Positions 9,939-19,002 of a DNA stretch of 38,412 nucleotides are shown in pieces. The first letter of the stretch is position 1; each line of letters starts with the position of its first letter. A program made the translations under genes and the position numbers. The stretch is from a virus. Location of the stretch: the UHGV virus genome UHGV-0246730, one strand, 5' to 3'. The notes under the pieces were generated by a model, which had not been told where the DNA came from, ran no database searches, and saw only the letters and a list, made by a program, of their open reading frames with translations.

Positions 9939-10600
9939 TGTTTATCAATGGGGTATCAGTGGAAGCGTTAGGGGCACACTTAAAGGAGGGGTATAGCGTG
10001 TCCGGCGCCCCCTTGACAAATGCATACCATAAAGGAAAAAATCGCACAAGTTTTGTCCTCCTGTCTAGCGAGATTGGGCTAAAAACGATTACTCTCCCAA
10101 TAGCTATCATTGGGGACAATCAAGCAGAATTAACGCGCCGAAAGCTCACAATGGATGCAGGGCTTTATGGGAAAAATGAGATTTGGTTGCCTGATGGATA
10201 CTTTTATACAACGATTTTGGAATCGATGGGAGAGCCAGTTTTTTTTGGCGAAACGGTCTTAGAGTGCACCTATGTCCTCTCCGGCGTCCAGCATGATGCT
10301 AAGATACAAACAACAGGGCCAGTGGTCTTTTGCCAGTCAACAATACCGCGTACGGACTGTGTTTTGACGACAACGGTTAAGCAGGCGGCCGCAAGCTATA
10401 ATTTTGATGGAGCAATTTTTGCAAATGTCAAGGCGGGTGATGTACTCTGTTTGGATGGGCAAAATGGACGGGTTTTGATTAATGGAGGTCCAGGGGCACA
10501 GCGATGTGATTTTGTTGAGTTTCCCTATCTTGTGCCTGGACAAAATGTTATATCTGCGCCGGATACGGTCATAGTTGAATATTACCCAACGTATCTATAG
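9935..10600 (+). CDS. Distal tail (Dit-like) protein
   Basis: ATGA overlap with tape measure stop; FPYLVPGQNVI...YYPTYL end. Confidence 0.75.
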   Translation: MMFINGVSVEALGAHLKEGYSVSGAPLTNAYHKGKNRTSFVLLSSEIGLKTITLPIAIIGDNQAELTRRKLTMDAGLYGKNEIWLPDGYFYTTILESMGEPVFFGETVLECTYVLSGVQHDAKIQTTGPVVFCQSTIPRTDCVLTTTVKQAAASYNFDGAIFANVKAGDVLCLDGQNGRVLINGGPGAQRCDFVEFPYLVPGQNVISAPDTVIVEYYPTYL

Positions 10601-10609
10601 GAGGCTAGT

Positions 10610-12739
10610 ATGATCAAAGTGTTTTCAGGGGACGTTGCCTATCCCCTCAATGTTGATGACTATCACATCGTCGAAAAATATAGCGGTTTGCACGAACTGT
10701 CCTTTACAATTCCGGTTAAAAATGAGGCCTATCGATATATTGCGGAAGAATCCCCGGTCTGGGATGATGAGCTAAATTTTTTAGTTAAAGCAATCGATGA
10801 AGGGGACGACGATGCGGAAATTTTGTGTCAAATTGATCTTGATGGGTTAAAAACGTCTTTAGTCACTGAGTACAGCAATGACAGTGATACAATTTATAAC
10901 ACAATACGAAAAACGCTGCCGAGTGGATGGACGGTTGTGGATCAGTCTGGATCGACAATCCGCCGAACGATAGAACTTGAGTCTGCAACCCCCCTAGAAA
11001 TCATTGAAGCATGTCGGGATGTTTACGACGTCACATATCGGTTTGATTCAAGGGCACGCAAAATTACAATTCTAAAACCAGACTATAGCGAGACAACGGG
11101 CGCTTTCATGATTGACAGTCTCAATCTGACAGAGCTCAACTACTCCGGCAAATCATCAGGACTTGTGACACGCCTATATGCACGCGGGGCAGATGGGCTA
11201 ACTTTTGCTAGTATCAATGGGGGCAGAGATTATGTGGAGGATTTTACGTACACGGATAAAATCATATGCTCTTATTGGTCCGATGATCGATATACTGACG
11301 CGGAAAGCTTGCTTGCAGATGCAAAGGCCAAATTACGAGAGGCGGCAATCCCAACGCGATCGTATTCGTGCAACGTGATTGATCTAGCAAAAACAAATCC
11401 TGAAATGTATGGTTTTTTAGATTTTAGCCTTTACAAAGTTGTGACATTGATCGATCGAAATAAACGCCAGCGACTTGAGCATATGGTTGTTGAGTATACG
11501 CGATATCCAAACTATCCAGAAAAAAATATTGTAACGCTTTCCGCCACAGCTCCAAAAATCCAAAACACGGTCAAAGCACTCCAAACTCAGATCAATGGGC
11601 AAAACGAGGAAATCCGATCCAACTATCAGGCCATGCAAAAGACAATTGAGCATTCTACCGCTCTCATTTGTGGCGGTTTGGGTGGAAATGTTATTATCGG
11701 AACGGATGCAGAAGGGAAGCCAAATGAAATCCTCATCATGAACACAGCCGACAAGGCAACCGCCGTCAATGTGCTGCGGATCAACCAAAACGGTATTGGG
11801 TTTTCAAAATCAGGGTATAACGGGCCATTCGAAACGGCGTGGACTCTTGATGGTAGTTTTGTAGCAAGCTATATTGTATCGGGGACGTTAGACGCGGGAA
11901 AAGTCGTCATCGAAAACTTGACAGCTGATAGAATTAGCTCCGGGCGGTTACAGGGGACGAGTAACCCCAGAATCTATTTTGATCTGGATACAGGAGAGAT
12001 CACAAGCAGTAAGCTGATCAACCCAACTGATACAACTACAAGTGTCAATATTGTGTTTGATACGTTTCCATTGGGTTTTGACGGCAGCACCTTTTTAGAT
12101 GGGTGTATGCTCAAATTTTTGTATAAAAATCAAACAACGGGTGGGCTCATCACAGGAAAACCACGAGGGGCCAACATTGGCCTGGGGACAATGTGCCTAG
12201 GACTAAAGGCAGGCACAAATGGATATGTTGGATTTAACCAATACGGCGGTGTTGAGCTGGCACCTCTGATGGAATACGCCGAATCGGATGCCCTTGACTG
12301 TAACATCACAGTCAATCCCGATGGGATTAGCATGGCGGGCACAGTCAACACTTTAGATGCTGTATCCATGGCTGGCACGCTAGATGTCTGGAGTTATGCG
12401 ACATTCCACGGCGGGACTAATGTTAGCTCCAGCCGGACAATCAAGCAGGATATTGCGCCGATATCAACTTTGGCGTTGAGTCCGCTAGATATTGTTATGA
12501 GAACTCAAGTCTATCGGTATACCCTGAAAAAAGACCTGGAGAAACGTATAAACTATGGTTTTATCGCGGAGGAGGCGCCCGACGAAATTACGACGCCTCA
12601 AAAAAAAGAAATAGGTCTGATGAACGCACTGGCTATGGCCTACGGCGCAATTCAAGAGCTAAAGCAAGAAATTGACGAATTAAGGAGGGAGCTTTGTGAT
12701 CAATCTAAACGCAACGCTACTTGCCAACCAACGAAATGA
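10610..12739 (+). CDS. Tail spike / Tal-like protein with C-terminal intramolecular chaperone (peptidase S74-like)
   Basis: LVTRLYARGADGLTFASINGGRDYVEDF; GIGFSKSGYNGPFETAWTLDG; C-terminal SSRTIKQDI...YGFIAEEAP...AIQELKQEI. Confidence 0.85.
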   Translation: MIKVFSGDVAYPLNVDDYHIVEKYSGLHELSFTIPVKNEAYRYIAEESPVWDDELNFLVKAIDEGDDDAEILCQIDLDGLKTSLVTEYSNDSDTIYNTIRKTLPSGWTVVDQSGSTIRRTIELESATPLEIIEACRDVYDVTYRFDSRARKITILKPDYSETTGAFMIDSLNLTELNYSGKSSGLVTRLYARGADGLTFASINGGRDYVEDFTYTDKIICSYWSDDRYTDAESLLADAKAKLREAAIPTRSYSCNVIDLAKTNPEMYGFLDFSLYKVVTLIDRNKRQRLEHMVVEYTRYPNYPEKNIVTLSATAPKIQNTVKALQTQINGQNEEIRSNYQAMQKTIEHSTALICGGLGGNVIIGTDAEGKPNEILIMNTADKATAVNVLRINQNGIGFSKSGYNGPFETAWTLDGSFVASYIVSGTLDAGKVVIENLTADRISSGRLQGTSNPRIYFDLDTGEITSSKLINPTDTTTSVNIVFDTFPLGFDGSTFLDGCMLKFLYKNQTTGGLITGKPRGANIGLGTMCLGLKAGTNGYVGFNQYGGVELAPLMEYAESDALDCNITVNPDGISMAGTVNTLDAVSMAGTLDVWSYATFHGGTNVSSSRTIKQDIAPISTLALSPLDIVMRTQVYRYTLKKDLEKRINYGFIAEEAPDEITTPQKKEIGLMNALAMAYGAIQELKQEIDELRRELCDQSKRNATCQPTK

Positions 12740-14630
12740 CCAGATAGGCCCCCCATATCAGCTCATCAAGGGAGAGGCCGAAGGCCGAAAACTGACAATG
12801 CAGCTCATCGATGCTGATGGCAGCCAATTTGATCTTACTTCGGCGTCGCTTGTGTCTTTGTTTTTCAGGAAAAGCGATGGCAAAGACGGACAACTTATCT
12901 GTACAGTCGAAAATGCAAGTCAGGGGATCATATCGGTTGTATTCACCTCTCAGTCAGGGGCTGTTGCGGGGCCATATCGTGATTGCGTTGTAAAAGTCAC
13001 TTGGTCTGATAGTAGCAATAGCAAATTTGCAGGTCCTAAAATCATGGTATTGGATTCCGCTTCTGACGACGCCCCTATAAGCAGCAACGAATACCAGATA
13101 TTAGACCAGCTGATCACCGATCAAACAGACGCGACAGCGACAGCGGTGCAGGCGGCGGAAGATGCGACGGCGGCAGCTCAGACAGCGACCGATGCTAAAA
13201 CGGCAGCCCAAACCGCCGCTACAACCGCTCAAACCGCCGCGATTACTGCCACAGAGGCCCAAACTGCCGCAGAAACAGCCAAAACCGCAGCCCAGGCCGC
13301 AAGCGCCAGCGCAACAGCCTCTGCTGCCAGCGCTGGTACAGATGCAACGCGGGCAGAGACGGCAGCGACACAGGCGGTAGCTGCGGCCACAAATGTAGAC
13401 CAAATTGTGGCAGATGCGGCGGAGGCCGTGAGAGATGACATTCAAATCGGCGGCCGAAACCTCCTGGCAAACTCCAACATTATTGAGACGCGGACAAAAG
13501 ATGCGACTGATACAAAGATGTACTCGCTACAAGTAGTAGACGGCTATGATCTGGATACCCTCATCAACAAGGAGTTGACGGTATCAGTCTATATGGACAG
13601 CCCAGGCGAACGCGACTGGAGTTTGGTAGAAAGCGTCGGTATGCGAAATCGATTTGGAATATACGTCTATATCATGTGGGCGAACGATGCTGGAGGGACA
13701 GAGACAACCTCCCCTGATACGAATCTGCTCAGTCAAGCAGTTGACGGGAAGCGCATACACGCCACAATCACAGCGACGCCACCAGAGGGTTATACCCATA
13801 TGACCAAATGTGCGGTATATGTCTGTGTGTATGCACGGCCGGCATCGACCAACGATGCAACCTGGGTACTGTCTCGTCCACAGCTCGAGATCGGGAATAT
13901 GGCCACGGACTGGTCCCCAGCGCCGGAAGACCCCGCCCCGGACGCGCTCAAACTGGGCGGTGTGGATGCAAGCAGCTATGTGCAAAAAAGCGACTTGACA
14001 ACCACATACTGTACAAGTATCGATGATGCCACACTGTCAGATGGTTGGTACTACACGGATGGCAATACCACTGGGACGTTTCCGAGCGGATATAGCAAGG
14101 TCGGCGTACTCTGTGTCCGGCAGAGCGGAAGTGCGGGATATACTCAACACTATATGAGTCAAGAGGGCGAAGAATCAAGTCGTGGGTATTCTTACGGCAG
14201 TTGGGCTAAATGGACCAACGAGGTAGGTACGTGGACGCCAGTACTCAAAACCAATACGAGCGCAACAGTTGATGCAACCTACACGGTACAGGAGGGATAC
14301 TTTTCGAAAAGTGGGCAACTGGTACATGTTAGTTTTAGAATGGGATTCAAGTTTAACGCCTCTTTGTATGAAAATGCAGTGTATATAGGCAATATGCCAT
14401 ACAAGGCACGCGCAGATGAGTGGGGAGGCATATGCGCGATAAGTGGAGTTGATTCCACGCTCGGCATCACTCAATTTATGCTACGATCGAGTACGGGCGG
14501 CACATCATTTATGCTGGCTCGCAAAGAGGTCGCCGCAATCAAGTATGAAGATTTTAATAACCAGACGAATACTGACTTGGTTCGATACTTATATGGCTCA
14601 ATATCATATATTATCGCAGCCGGTAAATGA
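12696..14630 (+). CDS. Baseplate upper (BppU-like) / receptor-binding tail fibre
   Basis: BppU-like N-terminus, Ala/Thr-rich heptad stalk, IGGRNLL...LEIGNMATDWSPAPED module, C-terminal GTWTPVL head domain. Confidence 0.8.
   Translation: MINLNATLLANQRNDQIGPPYQLIKGEAEGRKLTMQLIDADGSQFDLTSASLVSLFFRKSDGKDGQLICTVENASQGIISVVFTSQSGAVAGPYRDCVVKVTWSDSSNSKFAGPKIMVLDSASDDAPISSNEYQILDQLITDQTDATATAVQAAEDATAAAQTATDAKTAAQTAATTAQTAAITATEAQTAAETAKTAAQAASASATASAASAGTDATRAETAATQAVAAATNVDQIVADAAEAVRDDIQIGGRNLLANSNIIETRTKDATDTKMYSLQVVDGYDLDTLINKELTVSVYMDSPGERDWSLVESVGMRNRFGIYVYIMWANDAGGTETTSPDTNLLSQAVDGKRIHATITATPPEGYTHMTKCAVYVCVYARPASTNDATWVLSRPQLEIGNMATDWSPAPEDPAPDALKLGGVDASSYVQKSDLTTTYCTSIDDATLSDGWYYTDGNTTGTFPSGYSKVGVLCVRQSGSAGYTQHYMSQEGEESSRGYSYGSWAKWTNEVGTWTPVLKTNTSATVDATYTVQEGYFSKSGQLVHVSFRMGFKFNASLYENAVYIGNMPYKARADEWGGICAISGVDSTLGITQFMLRSSTGGTSFMLARKEVAAIKYEDFNNQTNTDLVRYLYGSISYIIAAGK
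13130..13400 (+). repeat. Degenerate 21-nt (heptad) repeats encoding the Ala/Thr-rich coiled-coil stalk
   Basis: Repeated units such as AAQTATD, AKTAAQT, AAQTAAT. Confidence 0.6.
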
Positions 14631-14648
14631 CAAGGAGGAGGTGATCAA

Positions 14649-14762
14649 GTGAACTGGATTGCAGCATATTTGCCCCAACTCATCTATTGGGCCGTGACAG
14701 GAGCATTAGCCGCAGTATGCGGAGCAATGGGGCGGCAAATCAATAAAGCAAGAAGGGGGTGA
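14649..14762 (+). CDS. 37-aa single-TM peptide, possible holin fragment (not in ORF track)
   Basis: RBS AGGAGGAGGTG then GTG; MNWIAAYLPQLIYWAVTGALAAVCGAMGRQINKARRG*. Confidence 0.55.
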   Translation: MNWIAAYLPQLIYWAVTGALAAVCGAMGRQINKARRG

Positions 14763-14767
14763 ATAAT

Positions 14768-15019
14768 ATGCCGACAGAAATCATAGTTGCACTGTTGAGC
14801 TTGCTAGGAACGGCTTGCGGCAGTATCGTGGGAATCATGACGTCAAACAAGCTGACAACCTATCGCATCGCACGGTTAGAGGAAAAAGTTGATAAACACA
14901 ACCAGGTCATTGACCGCGTTTACAAAATCGAACAACGAAATGCCGTCATAGACGAGGATATCAAGGTAGCAAACCACAGGATTAGCGATCTGGAAAACAA
15001 GGTCGAAAAGAAAGAATAG
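14768..15019 (+). CDS. Holin-like membrane protein (N-terminal TM plus coiled coil)
   Basis: EIIVALLSLLGTACGS...YRIARLEEKVDKHN...IKVANHRISDLE; lysis module. Confidence 0.75.
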   Translation: MPTEIIVALLSLLGTACGSIVGIMTSNKLTTYRIARLEEKVDKHNQVIDRVYKIEQRNAVIDEDIKVANHRISDLENKVEKKE

Positions 15020-15033
15020 GAGGAGGAAAGATT

Positions 15034-15315
15034 ATGGATTTTGGATTTTTGGCTGAATACCTACAGCCGGAGACAATCGCCGTTGCGGTAGGGCTGTATG
15101 TGTTGGGAATGATCCTGAAAGGATCAAAAAAGGTGATGGACTGGATCATACCCTTTGTGTTGCTAGGGTTTGGCATCGTACTATGTATCGCAATCTATGT
15201 GATACAGACACCAGGTCCAGAGGCAATCATACAGGGGTTTTTGCAAGGCGTTTTTGCAACAGGCAGTGCGGTGTTGGTCAATCAGCTGTACAAGCAGGCA
15301 CAAAAGGGGGAATAA
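15034..15315 (+). CDS. Holin
   Basis: Three hydrophobic segments, QGVFATGSAVLVNQLYKQ; immediately upstream of endolysin. Confidence 0.85.
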   Translation: MDFGFLAEYLQPETIAVAVGLYVLGMILKGSKKVMDWIIPFVLLGFGIVLCIAIYVIQTPGPEAIIQGFLQGVFATGSAVLVNQLYKQAQKGE

Positions 15316-15318
15316 CAT

Positions 15319-16335
15319 ATGGCATATAAAATTTGTCTCGATGCGGGGCACTACGGACAGTACAACCAGTCTCCGGTGGTGCCAGAATACTACGAATCGG
15401 AGATGACCTGGAAACTCCATCTGCTACTCAAGGCTGAGTTGGAAAAGTACGGGTTCGAGGTCAAGACCACAAGAGCGGACCAGACAAAAGATATGGATGT
15501 GTACTATCGAGGATACGCGGCTCAAAACTGTGATCTATTTTTGAGTTTGCATAGCAACGCGGCAGACAGCGAGTCCGCAGACTATGTAGTAGCCTATCGC
15601 GCCTACGACAATAAAAACAACGCTGATACGCTAGGATTGGCACTCGCTCAAAAAGTGGCAGACATCATGGGGACAAAGCAAAATCCCCGAACCGCTACTC
15701 GCAAAAACAGCTCCGGCAATGAGTGGTATGGCGTGATGCGTGGTGCAAGAGCCGCAGGATGCAAACTGTATTACATCCTGGAGCACTCATTCCATACCAA
15801 CGCAGCGGCCACACAATTTTTGATGCAAGACGCCAATCTGCAAAAACTAGCAGAGGCAGAGGCAGCAATAATCGCAAATTATTTTGGAGTAACGGCATCA
15901 GCAACCGAGTCAAAACCATCCGCATCCTCTCAAAAGCCGGCTGTATCCGGCCATATCGCAGATGTGCAGCGCTGGCTTAACAAAGAGTACGGCTTTGCCC
16001 TAGAGGTAGACAACAGCGCAGGGCCCTTGACCTGGACGGCGCTGCGAAAAGCCCTTCAAATGGAGATCAACCGGCAGAGCGGAGCAAGCCTAGAGATTGA
16101 CGGGAGTATTGGCCCGAAGACAAAAACGGCGATCATCTACACAAAGCGCGGAACAAAAGGCAATATCACAAAGCTGGTTCAGGCGGCGCTGTATTGCAAG
16201 GGCTACGATCCAAATGGCCTAGACGGCAGCTTCGGGCCAGGTATGGAGGCCGCAGTGCGCAAGTATCAGGCGGATCATGGATTGACGGTAGATGGTATGG
16301 CTGGACGAGAGACGCAGGTTAGTTTGTTTAGATAA
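15319..16335 (+). CDS. Endolysin: N-acetylmuramoyl-L-alanine amidase (Amidase_3) with peptidoglycan-binding repeats
   Basis: ICLDAGH, FLSLHSNA, ILEHSFHTN zinc-amidase motifs; C-terminal DGSFGPG...YQADHGLTVDGMAG PG-binding domain. Confidence 0.92.
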   Translation: MAYKICLDAGHYGQYNQSPVVPEYYESEMTWKLHLLLKAELEKYGFEVKTTRADQTKDMDVYYRGYAAQNCDLFLSLHSNAADSESADYVVAYRAYDNKNNADTLGLALAQKVADIMGTKQNPRTATRKNSSGNEWYGVMRGARAAGCKLYYILEHSFHTNAAATQFLMQDANLQKLAEAEAAIIANYFGVTASATESKPSASSQKPAVSGHIADVQRWLNKEYGFALEVDNSAGPLTWTALRKALQMEINRQSGASLEIDGSIGPKTKTAIIYTKRGTKGNITKLVQAALYCKGYDPNGLDGSFGPGMEAAVRKYQADHGLTVDGMAGRETQVSLFR

Positions 16336-16346
16336 GGGGGGATACC

Positions 16347-17174
16347 ATGCAAATAGCACGGGTATTTCCGCGGCGTACAAAGGCAACACCCGATGATGCC
16401 TTGGTCTTTACCGGCCCGCCTCCGAAAGACGGGCTACCCGATGTCGACGAAGTACATGTGTCGGTAGCCTTTACCTATGACCTGCCCAAAGCGTATGATT
16501 TAGCAGAACGCTGGGCTAAAACAGGCATTAATGTACGGATCGGCGGCCCGGCATTTGACTCCCCAGGCGGTGATTTTGTCCCAGGAAGATATCTTAAACA
16601 GGGCTACGTTGTCACATCTCGTGGTTGCCCAAACCGATGTCCTCATTGTGCTGTGCCCAAACGAGAAGGATACACGTTGCGGGAACTACCAATCACAGAA
16701 GGGTGGAATGTGCTGGACGACAATTTGTTAGCCTGCTCCGATGGACATATCCACGCAGTATTCGACATGTTAAAGCGCCAGCCGGAAAAACCAGTATTCA
16801 CGGGTGGGCTGGAAGCCCGATTGTTGAAACCGTGGCATGTGGAGTTGATCCGTGCGGTCAAAACAAAACGTATGTATTTTGCCTATGACTCGCCTGGAGA
16901 ATACGAACCCCTGGTAGCGGCAGGGCGTCTCTTGCGGGATGGGGGCATTACGCAGGCTTCCCATCGAGCGGCCTGCTACGTCCTGATCGGCTATAAAGGT
17001 GACACAATGGATGCAGCCGACAAACGTTTACGCGATACATGGGCGGCCGGATTTGTGCCATACGCTATGTTATACCGGGATCGCGATGGTATAGTAGATT
17101 CGGACTGGCGAAAATTTCAGCGCGTTTGGGTACGACCAGAAATTGTTTTAGCGCGACTCAAACAATCAGTATAA
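16347..17174 (+). CDS. Radical SAM protein of unknown function
   Basis: TSRGCPNRCPHC (CxxxCxxC), VRIGGPA, LDDNLLA, FTGGLEAR, FAYD, YVLIGY. Confidence 0.8.
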   Translation: MQIARVFPRRTKATPDDALVFTGPPPKDGLPDVDEVHVSVAFTYDLPKAYDLAERWAKTGINVRIGGPAFDSPGGDFVPGRYLKQGYVVTSRGCPNRCPHCAVPKREGYTLRELPITEGWNVLDDNLLACSDGHIHAVFDMLKRQPEKPVFTGGLEARLLKPWHVELIRAVKTKRMYFAYDSPGEYEPLVAAGRLLRDGGITQASHRAACYVLIGYKGDTMDAADKRLRDTWAAGFVPYAMLYRDRDGIVDSDWRKFQRVWVRPEIVLARLKQSV

Positions 17175-17185
17175 ACAAAACAACA

Positions 17186-17215
17186 GCCCTCTGGGAGACC
17201 AGGGGGCTTATTTTA
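17186..17215 (+). terminator. Terminator ending the late operon
   Basis: GCCCTCTGG-GAGA-CCAGGGGGC then TTATTTT. Confidence 0.7.
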
Positions 17216-17243
17216 TTCGGTGAACATATCAGCCTTTACAAAC

Positions 17244-17311
17244 TAAAAGGGAGCCATTAGACTCCCTTGTTCGCTATCTATGGAGAGGCAGGTCAAAGAC
17301 CATCTCTCACA
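17244..17311 (-). ncRNA. Candidate ~67-nt structured small RNA (possibly abiF-RNA-like)
   Basis: Minus strand TATAAT at 17323-17318, then hairpin GAGAG-AT-GGTC-TTT-GACC-TGC-CTCTC, linker CATAGATAGCGAAC, terminator AAGGGAGTC-TAAT-GGCTCCCTT-TT; no ORF with an RBS. Confidence 0.5.
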
Positions 17312-17381
17312 TGCTTTATTATATGTCCATTTTTTTGTCAATCGAAAATATTTACTACTTTTAGTGTTCGTCTATCTCGCC

Positions 17382-17627
17382 TTAATATACAGACCAGTCA
17401 CCATAGTATCCAAAGTCCCCAAAATCAATAGGGTCTAGCTCCTCCTCGATCCCATCCCGGCAGCCGCACCAGCCCCGAACAGCCACTACATTATCATCTG
17501 AATCAAGAATTGTAATGCTGCGTTGCGTGTAGGATGCGCTTTCGTCTGCAACTTCCATCGCCTCTTCAAGGCTGTCTGCATATCGATTGCCCGCTCCAGT
17601 GCCAAAATTGATGTAGTATCTCTCCAT
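17382..17627 (-). CDS. Small acidic protein, candidate anti-defence factor
   Basis: 81 aa, ~18 D/E vs 5 R; RBS AAGGAGG. Confidence 0.75.
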   Translation of the reverse strand: MERYYINFGTGAGNRYADSLEEAMEVADESASYTQRSITILDSDDNVVAVRGWCGCRDGIEEELDPIDFGDFGYYGDWSVY

Positions 17628-17641
17628 TGTTATATCCTCCT

Positions 17642-17866
17642 TTAAAAAATTTCGTAGTTTGTGATATCGTAATTGCGGTCTCTAATTTCATCTAAGATTG
17701 CTTCTGCGGTTTCTACGTCTACGTCGCCGTTCTCAAATACTTGATGCTGTCTATCATCCTCTGCGGAGATATGGACCTGATTGTTGTCTGTGTTTTCAAA
17801 GCTCATTGTTCCCGTGTACTCAATTTCATCGTGATCCCATTTGACGTTGATCGTTGTGTTCTCCAT
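17642..17866 (-). CDS. Small acidic protein, candidate anti-defence factor
   Basis: 74 aa, ~20 D/E vs 4 K/R; RBS AGGAGG; first gene behind the promoter at 17915-17943. Confidence 0.75.
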   Translation of the reverse strand: MENTTINVKWDHDEIEYTGTMSFENTDNNQVHISAEDDRQHQVFENGDVDVETAEAILDEIRDRNYDITNYEIF

Positions 17867-17912
17867 GTTGCATTCCTCCTGATATTTTATTTTGCTCCCT
17901 CATCTTGTAATC

Positions 17913-17944
17913 ATATTATACATCAATCGGTCCGATTAGTCAAG
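17913..17944 (-). promoter_or_regulatory. Sigma70/A promoter with palindromic operator in the spacer (copy 2)
   Basis: TTGACT-17 bp-TATAAT; AATCGG-T-CCGATT at 17925-17937; 31/32 identical to 19388-19419. Confidence 0.85.
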
Positions 17945-18133
17945 AGGTTTTTTTGATTTTTTTAAAATTATTTTGTCGCTGTCAATCCCTAATAATATTT
18001 CGCGGTCCTCCGGGGTAATTCCTAGAGATTGCGCCCATGTGTTGGGAATGGTGACTCTATACGTTTTTGTCGTTTTTCCTGCGCCCCCACCGGCAGATGT
18101 GATGATTACTTTGCCCTTTCGAACTTCTTTCAT
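17936..18133 (-). CDS. AbrB/MazE/SpoVT-fold DNA-binding protein
   Basis: YRVTIPNTWAQSLGITPEDREILLGIDSDKIILKK swapped-hairpin signature. Confidence 0.8.
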   Translation of the reverse strand: MKEVRKGKVIITSAGGGAGKTTKTYRVTIPNTWAQSLGITPEDREILLGIDSDKIILKKSKKPLD

Positions 18134-19002
18134 TCTTTTTGTCCTCCTGTATAGGGTAGTCTTGACTCCCTGAGTTTTTGAGTCCAGCTAGCCCAGATAT
18201 CTGGGTTGTGTGGATCGCCGTCAATCCATGCTATTATATCGCAAATCTCTGAATACGCAGTATAGGTAATGTATGCGGTTTTTTGGTTGTGTACATACTG
18301 GACGGATTTTGGGTTGACATGCGCGTTTGAATAAAGTATAGCCTCGATTTGATGTACAATATCGACGTTACCAAAAATTTTTAGGCACAATCCCCGGTAC
18401 CGCCCATGCCTCGTCCGTCTCTGCGAATACGTCATGCATCCGTGAATCTCAATCCATGCTCGCAAAAAATCATGGTAGTCCACGAGCTCTGGAAGACGAT
18501 GCTGATCCGCGCGCTGCCCATTCCATCCGGTAGTAGATGAGTTTTCGAGTCGGGTCTTGACGACATATTCCGTTTTCCCGGATGAGTGGTTTTGCGTATA
18601 TACCATATTCCCGGTATAGTCGGCTATTCGATCGACATAAAATCTATCAACACAACGTATGACAAATCTTGATTCCATAACAGTGCCAATGCTCCAAACA
18701 ATGCCGAGGTCGTAAGCGGACAGATGCCTAAAATCCAATGCGCTTGTATCCTTTTGCAGATATCCAAGGTATTGCGTCACAGTGCTTTTTGAAAGATTCA
18801 TACGTTGCGCAATCTCATCTGGAGAGGATCCGGCGCAAAACAGTCGTTGCGCCTCTCGAACGGTTTGTCCACCAAACTCTATGCCATGAGTGGCGAGTAT
18901 CTTTTGAACGGTTGTCATACTGCATCCACATGCTTTTGCCGTCCCATGGATACTTCTCAAGCGGGAATAAGTCTCTATAACAGCGTTGTCGCTAGGTCTC
19001 AT
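18130..19002 (-). CDS. Tandem HTH plus degenerate LAGLIDADG-fold protein
   Basis: HTHs SIHGTAKACGCSMTTVQKIL and SPDEIAQRMNLSKSTVTQYL; LAGLIDADG-like helices AYDLGIVWSIG and DFLRAWIEIHG. Confidence 0.65.
   Translation of the reverse strand: MRPSDNAVIETYSRLRSIHGTAKACGCSMTTVQKILATHGIEFGGQTVREAQRLFCAGSSPDEIAQRMNLSKSTVTQYLGYLQKDTSALDFRHLSAYDLGIVWSIGTVMESRFVIRCVDRFYVDRIADYTGNMVYTQNHSSGKTEYVVKTRLENSSTTGWNGQRADQHRLPELVDYHDFLRAWIEIHGCMTYSQRRTRHGRYRGLCLKIFGNVDIVHQIEAILYSNAHVNPKSVQYVHNQKTAYITYTAYSEICDIIAWIDGDPHNPDIWASWTQKLRESRLPYTGGQKE

Noticed and set aside
12696..14630. Diversity-generating retroelement or invertible tail-fibre cassette
   Set aside because: No reverse transcriptase, invertase or template/variable repeat pair seen anywhere in the genome
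17175..17381. CRISPR mini-array or solitary CRISPR repeat
   Set aside because: No repeat-spacer periodicity and no typical repeat end such as ATTGAAAC; only a short AGATAG(A)CGAAC near-duplicate
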